20,000 nt of DNA from Penicillus capitatus. Its lineage: Eukaryota; Plantae; Chlorophyta. A model generated the notes under the pieces. The model was not told the origin of the DNA. It did no database searches and was given only the letters and a program-made list of their open reading frames with translations. The stretch covers positions 25,101 to 45,100 of the forward strand of contig OZ287711.1 in assembly GCA_965649825.1 (NCBI GenBank), in the 5' to 3' direction. The translations under genes and the position numbers were made by a program. How positions within the stretch are numbered: the first letter of the stretch is position 1; the number at the start of each line of letters is the position of its first letter. Positions 1 to 10,286 of this stretch are shown here, piece after piece.

Positions 1-3000
1 GGCGGCGGCGGCGGCATGTGTCTGGTGTACAGCGTCCTGCCAGAGAGCTCGATCGGCGACGTCATCGTCACAGGAGTGGCCTTCGATGGCAACGTCGCTT
101 CCATAGGAGGTATGCCTGTTCGCAGACCGAAACCACTCGTCGAGGCGTCCTTCCAGGCGGTGCCTCCGTGCAAGTGGCCGGAGACGGCTGGAACCGACAT
201 CTTCAGAATAACTGTCCGGAGATCCGACCAACGACGGAACCCTGTCGACTCTTTCGGCTGGTGAACGTCACCGCGACGGGAAACGTCGCCCAGTACGGAG
301 CGGGAGGATGGTTTGTCTCCCATCCAGAGTCCGTTCTCGTCGGCTGCCACGAGTTCAATCCAGAGGGATGGGTGGATCTGCTGTCCGCGTCGACGTCTGA
401 TCGGCTGTCAGAAGAGTACTGTCTGCGACTCCGGAACAACACTGTTCTGGTGATGATCGCCGATCGCACTTCTGAGTCTCCTGTTGATCGCTCGTATGTC
501 TTTAGGACGCGGATGGAGAGTACGGAAACGACATGGCGAGCGGCGTCTACTCGCTGAAGCTGCTGAACCCAACCTCTCCAATCGTCAACCATACGGGCGG
601 AAAGACGCTGATTCCTCCGTGTCCCAGTCCCGAAGATTGCAGCAAGAGCGAATCGGATGGCATCAGAATCGCCGTCAAGGATGCCTTCAATCAGACAATC
701 ACTGGCGGCATTCCTGATGCAGGTGAGACTCTGAGTGATGGGCACCGTCTTACAGAGATTTATTGACAGAACTGCAAGTGCTCTTGGTGTCAACTGCGAT
801 CCTTGGAGAACAGGTCTATTTAGCAGAAAAGGGAGTCATCCATGTGAACAACACTCAGGGGGTTGGTGTTAACCGCACTTCTGAAATCCTATTCCGGTAT
901 GGAGAGTTGGAGACAAACTTGACATTCTCTACCAGGGAATGCTTTCCTGGAGAGATCGAGGCAAGCAATGAGTGCCAGCTCTGTCAAACAGATCAGTATT
1001 CCTTCAATACCTCCAGCATCTGCAGTGACTGTGAGAATCGTGCCAAATGCAGTGGTGGATCCAGTCTTGTCCCAATCGATGGTTATTGGCACTCGACTCC
1101 CTTCTCTCCGCAGTTTCACGAATGCATCATTAAAGAAGCTTGCGAGTATAAAAGCCGAAAGGACGTCGACATTGAACGAGAGAATGTTCTGAAACAGTAC
1201 TATGAAGACAGCAGCAAGATATCCGCTGAGATTGCCGAACTGGATTTGTATCTCTTAACACGGGGTACACAGCCTGTATACAATGAATACTTTCAATGCT
1301 CCGACGGATACAGTGGTATTCTGTGCGGTTCTTGTGAAGCAGGTTATGGGCACTTTGCTGGAGGTGAATGTATCAAGTGCCCAAAAAATCGAGGATGGTC
1401 TATCATACTAACAATCTTTGCAGCACTTATCGCGTTTGTATTACTGGCTCTCAACATCTTCTTAACATTTAATTCGACAAGAAAGCAGATCTGGGTCGCC
1501 AATGCAAAGAGAAGCCAAGCTCAGCAAGCCTCACCTTCACGCAGTGCTGATGGAGTGGCGGACTTCAGCAGCGATTTAGATCAGAGCAAAAGGCCCTTGA
1601 CAGGAATCACTCGCTTGAAACTCAGTGAGGCATAGACATTGTGTCCGTCTATGATTGCGAGTGTGGTTTTTGGATCTCAGGACATCCAACGCAATCCAAC
1701 GGCGGAAAGAATCAACGCGATCCTCTAATCACCGATCACATCATTGCCATCGAAAAACTGACAGAGATCGCCAAGGTTCACATTCTCTTCCATTCATCAG
1801 CTTGTAATCACCCTTTCTTCCATCCTGCAGATTCTGGTCAACTATGTTCAAGTGACGACTTTGGGGTTGAGTATCAATACGAAGTGGCCGCTGAGTATCA
1901 AGCAATTCCTGTCATTCCTGAGTCATATCTGTGAGTCATGCTGTCGCATACTAATGGAGATGTGTCTATAGATTTGCTGGTGGCTACAACGAGCGGGACA
2001 TACTATGCCCCTCTTGAGTGTACTTTTGAGGAAAACGTTGAAGACGGAGCAGAAGGACCTGATACAATCAAGGCCCTCTGGTTACGCGTCTTCTTTCCAT
2101 TCTATTTCTGGGCAGCTATCATCACTGGACGACGCCTGTTACATCATTTCCTCTCCTGGTATCAACACAGAAATTCTCCAGGACCGAATAGAACAAGTAT
2201 CCAGAATAACGCAAACAAGAAATCAGCAAATGGTGATGCTGGCGACAATGATGTGCACAGAACCACATACATCGTTGTTGTTACACTTGTCACCTTTTAT
2301 TTTTCTTTCATTGACTTTGCATCTGAGTTCATGAAAACAGTGAACTGCATTCGAGTGGACAACGACGCACCAGACCCGCCAAATGATTATGATCGTTATG
2401 CTTTGGAAACGGATTCTGTCTGGGGAGAGGATACCAGTCTCCGTTGCTTTGAAGGCCGTCACATCGTTACTGGAATCCTCGGAATCTTTGGTTTGTTGGT
2501 TCTTGGAGCGCTCATTGCTTTGATGATCGTATGGATATGGGTGAGTCAGAGAAGAGTCAGCAATAGAGATCCGTCAAACAAGACAGACTGGTCGATCACA
2601 GAAGATCCCGATTTCATTGCCCGCTACGGTTTCATCTACCAAGGGTACAGACACGAAGGTCTGGCCATGTGCTGGGAAGCCGTTATCACAATGCGAAAGG
2701 GACTCGTCGTGGCAGCTGTTATCTTTGCCTCGAGGAAAGGGCCAAACCTCCAGGCCGCTCTGGGATTGGGAGTCCTTATCGTCGCCGTGACGATGCACTG
2801 GCTGGTCATGCCTTACATGGTGCACGAACCTGCACACCCCAATGTTCCAAACTACGCCGAGAGTTTGTACCTTGGACCAGAAAACGGCAGTGCCTCAGTG
2901 CCTAACGACAGCAGACCATCTCGCACGTTCTGTTCTGCCTTGTACGTTCAATGGGTGAAGTGGCAGAATCGCATCTCGCACAACACACTGGAAGCTGGAT

Positions 3001-3392
3001 CGCTGCTCATGTCCATCTCGATCTTCTATTCTGCCATTGTCTTCGGCGATTCTGGAACAACGAGCGCTGGAAAGGTGACGTTGGCAACGGTCGTTTTCAT
3101 TCTGAATCTGCTGTTTGTCATCTACATTCTCTATCGCCTCTACGCTGGGTTACATTTGGTTCTGGATATGCATTTCGTATTCATTGAGTCTTCTCCCGAT
3201 TATGCCGAGCTGGACTTTCCCTTTACCAAAGGAGGAGGGCTGTTTGCTTTCATTCACAAGATCAGCGATGCTTTCAGATTCCAACGTCACCATGGCGATC
3301 TGGTGCAGAAGTACACAGAATATAAGTTCTCTGAGCCTGACCAACGTACGAATGAAACCGAGCACGAGCTTCAAATCGTAAGCCAAGGATGA
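1..3392 (+). CDS. 5'-partial large membrane protein: Pmp/pectin-lyase-like FxxNxAxxGG repeats, Cys-rich (GCC2/GCC3, EGF-like) stalk, C-terminal multi-pass TM region
   Basis: ORF fragments join in frame via GT-AG introns 110-156, 450-505, 723-769, 1625-1680, 1776-1830 and 1931-1971; stop TGA at 3390-3392. Motifs seen: VAFDGNVASIGG, ATGNVAQYGAGG, YGNDMAS, VKDAFNQ, CQLCQTDQYSF..CSDC..AKCSGG..GYW, CSDGYSGILCGSCEAGY..C, ILVNYVQ..WP, WGEDTSLRCFEGRH, RYGFIYQGYR..CWEAV, NTLE. Several hydrophobic helices. This architecture is typical of a large uncharacterised family in algae and protists. Confidence 0.85.
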
Positions 3393-3459
3393 ACAGAGAG
3401 GCATGTATCGTTTATCTCATGTACATATTTGGGTTAAGACATTGCTTGATGACTTTCTG

Positions 3460-3464
3460 TGTAA
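3460..3464 (+). promoter_or_regulatory. Candidate chlorophyte polyadenylation signal TGTAA (gene 1)
   Basis: TGTAA about 68 nt after the stop at 3392. UGUAA is the established near-upstream poly(A) element of Chlamydomonas/Volvox and many Chlorophyta. Confidence 0.5.
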
Positions 3465-3954
3465 TGCTCTCCTTTGTGTTAAGGTTAAGGTGCTGTCTAT
3501 GCACAGCACACATGCGCGCGAATTTGTTGTTTGTCCTTCCTGTCAATGATTGCATAGCAATGTCAAAGGAGGACGCTGCAAAGCAGAGCTTTTAGTGGGG
3601 TTTACGACGTCTGTGCACCTCGTATCAACAATCATCACAATTCGTTGACAGAACAGTGGATGTTAGTAGCGTCACTGAGAGTAAAGTGCATCCATCTCTT
3701 AAAAACAGTGTATCAAGCAAAGTGAACAACAAACACCTCCAAACTGTTCAATGATCCATCGTGGCAGAGAATCTAGCCTGTCCATGTTCTAAACGAAAAT
3801 TTGAACGTGGAAACGGCAGATGTACAGAGTTCATTCTTACGAAAGACGGACAGCGACTCCACGAGATGAACCAACAGGTAAATAGATGTCTGACAGAAAC
3901 TGCTGTCATTCGAAGGCATCGCGTGATGGAAACACGCCCTGTCTGGTGGTCTCT

Positions 3955-6750
3955 TTAAGTCATGCTTTTGCTGAAGACGAGATCTCTTTTTTTGCGGAGG
4001 CTCTCTTTGTACAGTTCCTTTCTGTTATGGGATGGAATTCTGGTCGATCGTGCTCCTTTTCCGGCATCGATTCTTGGCTTTTTGGGAGTCATCGTGACAC
4101 CCAACTTCAAATCTCCGCCAAGGAGCATGCGACTCGCCTATTGCACGACACAAGAGTGAACAAACATGATTATACTCAACGAAAGAAGGAACCATCTCAT
4201 AGATATTGTTCTCGAGCGCCTTGGGCACTGTCCCCGGTCTTCGCTTCTTCAGAGACTGAAATGCAATTTCCAGCATTCTGGGTTGGCATGCCAACGAAAA
4301 GATGTCTTCATAACTGTCACCATCCTTCTTGTACTTCTGCAATTCTTTCAACATCCATGGATCGAAGTCCTTTCGGGATGGCTGATGCAACAGCTGATTC
4401 TGGGGTCGGTTTTCTGGCGTATCTGGACACAGACAGCAGTTGGCAAACAGACACGGAAAGAAAAAAAAACATGGTGGATGGAAACGCACCTGGTTGGTTC
4501 AGCTTCGCTAAGGACTGCAGCCGTTCCTCCACACGCGGATACATGACTGGCAGTTCATCACTCAGCTCATTCGTGAACATATCCCGATAACGACGTTCTG
4601 CCTTCATGATCCGGTGCAGTGCCTGGGTATTCACCTTACTGTAGTACCTCCTGTGATCCCAACAATGCGAATCATTCTCTTTTGCGAGGATCGATGCACG
4701 TACTCAGACCCGTTGACCTCCTCGAATTCCTTCATCGCTTCACCATCGATCTTCTCGGGGGGCTGAAGGCCTTCGAGGACTTTGATTCGTTCCAGTCTTT
4801 CAGCCGACGGTATAGGTATTCGATTGATCCGTGTAACATAACGCTCTAGCTTACCATAACCATCTAATCGCAACAGGGCTGCAAGCAGAGGCACATTTTT
4901 GAGAGAGGGATCTGAAAGGCAGTGCGTTACGGCTTACTCTTAGCATCGTCCACTTCGCGCCCTGCCAGTGATGGATCCGTCAGTCGATTGTAGCCGTCCT
5001 CATACACGGAGGGTGTCTCGTAAAGCCACCCCTTGATTTCTTCACTATCCAAGTTCGTTTGTTGATCATCTGAAAACGGCCCGTGAATGGCACGAGTCAG
5101 CAGCGCGAACGTGCAGTGCACCTTTATCAATTTCGTATCCGGGGACCACTTTGCCTTCTACTCGCAGTGTCTTTCCGCTTAACCTCACCGACTTGGTGTA
5201 GGGATCGGCATGGGTCCCATTCATGGAAAAGAGCTTTCTTTCATTGAAACGATCAAGTCTCTTCGAAGGAGGGTCGAAAAAGTTGGGATAGGTCCTTCTC
5301 TCTGGGATCGTGAGCTTCGAAATTGTACCATCTTCTTCCACGAAGTGACGCGGAATCTCCGGATCAAGATCCTTGTGCTTGTCATCCAATATCTAAGACG
5401 CACGAATAAATGTAGATAGGAGAGATGAAGAAACCCCAAACCTCCGGCGCTCCCTCGTCCTCTTCGTAATCGTACTTCTCCATGAGCATCGGTCTTGCCA
5501 CCCAGTATTCCTGACCGTATAGTTTGTGTCTGTTAGACTTGCCTGGATCTTGTCCTGGATCTTCGAATGTATTGGCTGAAGATTTATTCCAGAAGTCCTG
5601 GTCCCCTGTACCGGGAATGAAATCGTTGTACTGTCGTTGAGGAGGCGCCCCAACACAGTCTCCATCAGGCGGTGTCAACCATCTGCCCGACATTTCACAC
5701 GAGGATTCACAGCCAAGGAGGGTCTCACTTTGGCCGAGGTGGATTATAGTCATACGTCGGTGGATCATCATCCGGTGGAAGAAATGCCTCTTCAGAGAGC
5801 TCTTCCATGACAAGACGTCCAAAGACAGCTTCTTCTAATGCCTCGTCCCCGTCCAATCTCGTAACCTTTTGGGTGTTCTCTGTCTGCAGCGTGATCTCTT
5901 CTGGCTGGCCCCCAGTCGACACAGGGATCTCCGATGCTGATGCGTTTCTTTCATCCGGCACAGTAGAGGACCGCCCCGCTTGAGATGCATTCTCCCTCAT
6001 TGTTTTCATAAAGTCAACAAAACCATCCATCTGTGCTGGCGGATCCTTAGCCACCGATCTGCCTGATTTCTGATCGAGATACGCATCAACATCTTCATAA
6101 CTCTCCGCCGACTGTCCAGGAGATCCGCCTACAGGAACATCGCCATCTGCACTTCAACACAGGCGTCGTGCATGGCGCGTACTTTGATGCAGCCAGTCTC
6201 CTTGCCAGTCTCCACTGTACCCCGGCCGATTGTACTGTCGAAATGTCGAGTTCTTGATGGAATTCGGTGTAAAGGCACGGGAGACTTTTTGACCTGGTAT
6301 GTTTCGTGGCCGCTCGACTCTTCTGGGATCCATATCATGTTCGATATGTCGTGCCATTCTTCGAAATTCGCGACTGTGTGTAATCAATGGCTGTCGACCT
6401 CTTGTTTGGTTGTCGCCAAAATTCAGCCATTTCCTCTCGGCTTCGATATCGCCGATCGGCGGCGCGTCTTCCTGCTTTTCAAGAACTTCTTCTGGCTCGG
6501 GCAGTCTTCTCAACAACCACTCCTTCTTCGGCTGAGGCGCCGGAGGCTTTGGCGCCGGCTTGTGCTTCTGGAAAAATTCCTTAACCTTGAGCAGACTCGT
6601 GGAAGGTCGATCTTCTTCGGCCGCTTCGAATCTCTCCTGAAGTTGATAATCGGATGCAGAGCTGTCGTCATCTCCGACATATTCGTTGCTCAAAAAACGA
6701 CAGACCACATCGCAACGCCGCACGCAGATCAGCCTTCGGCGTAGCAACAT
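3955..6750 (-). CDS. Uncharacterised ~792-aa protein: Arg-rich N-terminal presequence-like segment, acidic/Pro-rich low-complexity middle, C-terminal region resembling group II intron maturase RT0-RT1
   Basis: Nine exons join in frame via introns 6147-6182, 5683-5728, 5393-5441, 5070-5121, 4879-4937 (acceptor uncertain), 4651-4703, 4423-4489 and 4138-4192. CDS 2379 nt, stop TAA 3955-3957. The N-terminus MLLRRRLICVRRCDVVCRFLS is Arg-rich and nearly acid-free. An upstream in-frame ATG at 6798 is an alternative start. Gene structure is well supported; the maturase-like call is inference. Confidence 0.75.
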
Positions 6751-6796
6751 ATTCGTTTCATTGATGACAGAAAATGCACTACATCTGTGCGCATCC

Positions 6797-7087
6797 ATGG
6801 CCTCGACGGGTCAAGACCACTTCAAAGGCAGAGATGCCATGCAACTCGCGCAGCTCGCTCGATCTGTACGCGATCAGGCAAAGTCGACGAAGAATGAGAA
6901 GGAAGCGTCGGCGAAGCCGGATCGAATTGGAGAGGCAGAGCATCGCGAATCAAGAACCAGTGATGTCCTCGGAGATAGCGGAACGGATAGGTGGATAGAA
7001 GAGCTCGCGCAAAGCTTATCCATGACGCCCCAAAAGCGAAAGAAGCTGCCGTTTCCACAACTGTTCGACAATGAACTGCGTTTTTGA
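6797..7087 (+). CDS. Hypothetical 96-aa charged protein (possibly the first part of a longer gene continuing in the +1 frame to 7301 or beyond)
   Basis: ATG in good context (gcatccATGG), coding-like composition (KNEKEASAKPDRIGEAEHRES, TPQKRKK NLS-like). No recognisable family. ATG lies only 46 nt from the divergent ATG at 6750. Confidence 0.3.
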   Translation: MASTGQDHFKGRDAMQLAQLARSVRDQAKSTKNEKEASAKPDRIGEAEHRESRTSDVLGDSGTDRWIEELAQSLSMTPQKRKKLPFPQLFDNELRF

Positions 7088-7384
7088 TTTCTCCCTGGAG
7101 CAGATGACGCATCCCTGGTATCGCCAACGTGAAATCACTGACCCATGTTTACCTCCTCTGTGGCGACCCGCAGCAATGAAGCTACCGTCTGCCATTCTGA
7201 GACGGACATACATCGATTTGAATGCCTCTTCCAGGAGAATCGGCAGACACGTGTCCCGCTTTCGCAAAATGTTGCGGCAGACAATAGACGTATCGCATTG
7301 AATGTGCGTGAACACGCTTCTGGCTTTGAAGTCTTTTGCACATGTGTCCTAGATCTACAAGAAGAGTATCTCATTCCACCAGTT

Positions 7385-10094
7385 TCATGTCCTGCGTCCA
7401 CCACTGGCTTCTTTCTCTTCCATATACTTCTGTCTTTCGATTTCTAAACACAGATAGATGCATTCTACCAACAGACGTATCCCTGACATGCCCATACTGA
7501 GTTGGACAGACTCGGGCACGTCTGGACAGACTTCCAGGATCAAGAACATGATCGCTCCAAGCACATGCTCCAAGACCAATACGCCGATACAAAAGCAACC
7601 AACCTCATAAGACAAACACCGCCATGAAGTCCCTCCATCTGTTCATCTGTTGACATCTCAATGAAGATACCTGCGGTGTAGACATCGATGCGCACCAGTT
7701 CTTCATGTGGTCGGAGCTCAGGACAAACATCAGAATATTTGTGATAAGAGAGAGCCATGCCTGCAAGCCATCACACATACACGTGTCTCTTGACGAAGTG
7801 ACGCCGACTGCACCTGAATTTGAAGCACAACCTGCCATGATCCGATGCCGTTTGCTCGAACGACGGGGGGTCTCTGCACGACGAAGCAGAGCTTGTACAC
7901 ATCGGACTTCATTTCGATCAAATTGTAGAGGATTTGAATGAAGGCTGCCAAAGGAAAGGCACTGGCAAACATCGTCACATACCCAAAAGCGATCACCATC
8001 TCCACGAAATCGTCAAACTCTGCAGATAGAGATTCCTCTCAACGAATAGAAGACGGTTGTGCGTATTGCAAGTCTCCACCTTCGTAGGCATCCAGACGTG
8101 CATCCCTCACTGCCTGTTCATGGACTGCTCGCTCGCCCGATTCCCGTTTCAGCTTCTCCAATGCCTGGCGAGATGCTCTGTCTGCAATCCATGGGTGTCA
8201 TCTCGAAGGAGTGATCCATCAGACCACACTTGTGAAGAACTGAAGGATGAGTGGCAGTAACAGTTCCGTCCCAACACGGCGAAGACAGTCCACTGTATAG
8301 AGAGAAGACAGTTCCTTGCGCACCTAAACACTCAATACGATCCAATCCTGTCCAGCGAAGAATTCGATGTCGAGTGTACTCGGAAGATGTCTCTTTCCAC
8401 AAATGCCAGGTAGAAGATGGCAATGTAGCAATCAAATGCTTCGAAGCAGACCCGTTTCAGAATCAAAGACGATTCGTGGGACTAAAGAAACAAGATGCAT
8501 GATTATACCACCGATATCGGGAGAAGGCAACCTGTTCGGTCTTGTGGTTTTCCCAGGCTGTTAAATTCTCAGCAATCACTCGGTAGATCCTGTTCAGCAG
8601 CTGAATGGTGATGACGTGAAGGACGACGGGCACAAAACACATCACTTGACTGTTGGGATCAAACAGAGCACCTGTCACAGAGGTCCGTAACGATAAAGTC
8701 TCAAGCATCTGCTTGTCTTCGCACCTGGCTGAGCGTACTGAGACAAGCTGTGGATGTAGAATAGCGACGATTCTGAGTGCACATATCCTTGGAGATTCAA
8801 ACTGAATGCCATGGCGGCCACAGCAGGGACGAGGAGGATGGTACTGACCACAACAGAGACACTGTACTTTAGAAATCGCATACTCTTAGGATAGTGGAGT
8901 TCCTCATGTCCCGTCACCGGATTCTTCCTCAATGTCCCTGAAGAGCACCATTGTGTTCTGGCTATTCACCCATGCACAGCGCTCGGGGATCACCTTTGAA
9001 GCCAGGACGCACAACTTCTCTCTTGGCGATATCAAATGTGTCCCACTGACATGCCAACTCCGATGCCTTCCGTCGCCACATTTTCAGAAATGTCACTGAC
9101 CAGAGGACCATGAAAAAGGAGAAGTAGGCAATGTATGGACTGTCCTCCACTGTGTAACCTGCCAGACAAGTGTGCATCACCATGGGGAATCTTTTTCTTT
9201 CCATGACTGCGGGGTACTGCAGTCGTACCGAGTGCTGTATTATAAGCGAATAGACTGCCTCCGGCGATGCCCGGGATCAACAGACACCAGGTGTAGAAAT
9301 TCATCCAGGCAGTGTAGTAAGCAACCTGTTCGCCAAAGTAACGGCGAAGACTGTTCACAGGAACAAACAGACGACGCCTTCGCATCACACATTCATCACA
9401 TTTCGAGAGTTTATCAGGAGAGTGGCCCTGTCTGTCTACTTGGCACGATTCCAAATCTCTCGAGAGGACTGTGGATTGTGAATGGGTGTTTGCAACTCGA
9501 GGATACCATGTCTACAGCAGAAAGGCCACCGATATACACCTTGGCGAGAGGTCTATTGCGGAAGATGGGACGACAGACCTCTTGCATGTCAGCAACAATG
9601 CATCCGATGTGTCCATCGTGGCAGAAGCCTCTCCACGTTTTTGCATCAAAGACAGGAATTCCTGGTCCACCTATCGAACATCACACTTTTCATTTTTCTC
9701 GTCGATGCCCATTCGATTCGGGACACATGAAGTCTGTCTAGCAATGAACCGAGCAAGTGCTGTTTCTCAAACGGCATCAGAAAGTCGTCGCTGTTGACGT
9801 TCTTAAAGGACTTTCTCTTTGAAATGTCAAACTCTCTGAATTCTCCATCGGTTCTCTCTTTCTTCAGACCAAATGTCGACGCCTCCTCCAACAATCGCTC
9901 CGCCGTCAATTCAACCGTCAGCATGCCTGGACGTCAGTGGTCGCATGCGGGGAGACAAAGCAGACACCATCCATACGTTGAGGCTGGTCGAATTTCTGCA
10001 CCATACATCCCGCCTTCTCGATGCGTCGCTTCAGATACCCAATCACGTCCTCTCTTTCACTGCCTTCTTCGAAAACGAGCACGTACTGCTGCAT
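7385..10094 (-). CDS. TMEM16: Anoctamin / TMEM16 family Ca2+-activated channel or scramblase (TMEM16K/ANO10-like)
   Basis: About 14 short introns join fragments with anoctamin hallmarks: GILELQTPIH, YFGEQVAYYTAWMNFY, FLKMWRRK..LACQW, RPGFKG..NPVTG, LTAWENHKTE, LILKRVCFEAFDCYIAIFYLAF, EFDDFVEMVIAFGYVTMFASAFPLAA, NLIEMKSD..QRP..RANGIGSW, VLEH..PDVP. Acidic Ca2+-site residues in TM6-8 appear retained. Start ATG 10094 is probable; stop TGA 7385-7387. Confidence 0.93.
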
Positions 10095-10253
10095 GACGAC
10101 AATAAGCACACTATAGAGTCGTTTGCTCTAGACGCTTCTTTCTTTTTAAACAGAAAAGCAGATGAAGAATTGCTGTAACATGACGGCAATGCGTCGTCAG
10201 ATGCTTTGGAATGGATGCGAATATCCACCGACGTGTCAGTGGCGCTAATAGTT

Positions 10254-10258
10254 TTACA
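10254..10258 (-). promoter_or_regulatory. Candidate polyadenylation signal TGTAA (SLOG/DprA-like gene)
   Basis: Forward TTACA is TGTAA on the minus strand, about 29 nt after the stop at 10287. Confidence 0.55.
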
Positions 10259-10286
10259 GGTGTCCAAAATGTCGTGGACGCTCGAG

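Noticed and set aside
203-793. 196-aa minus-strand ORF
   Set aside because: Antisense to three well-supported exons of gene 1; no recognisable motif.
3886-4590. 234-aa plus-strand ORF
   Set aside because: Antisense shadow of the last exons of the 3955-6750 gene; Ser/Cys-rich with no family features.
4631-4703. IVGITGG, resembling the start of a P-loop (dephospho-CoA or uridine kinase)
   Set aside because: The IVGIT part lies within the 53-nt intron 4651-4703 and the rest is out of frame; no GKS/T follows.
4912-4937. Possible 26-nt intron (GTAAGC...TTTCAG)
   Set aside because: In-frame acceptors at 4879 (59 nt) and further downstream fit the typical size; 26 nt is unsupported without RNA data.
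6172-6744. 190-aa plus-strand ORF
   Set aside because: Antisense to exon 1 of the minus-strand gene; its composition reflects reverse-complement codons.
7071-7301. Ornithine decarboxylase antizyme hypothesis for the TTT-TGA site
   Set aside because: The +1 frame lacks antizyme ORF2 motifs (K..L..LLE.AE, GF). Only the frameshift-like geometry is kept as a finding.
9172-9741. 189-aa plus-strand ORF
   Set aside because: Antisense to anoctamin exons and introns; no motif.
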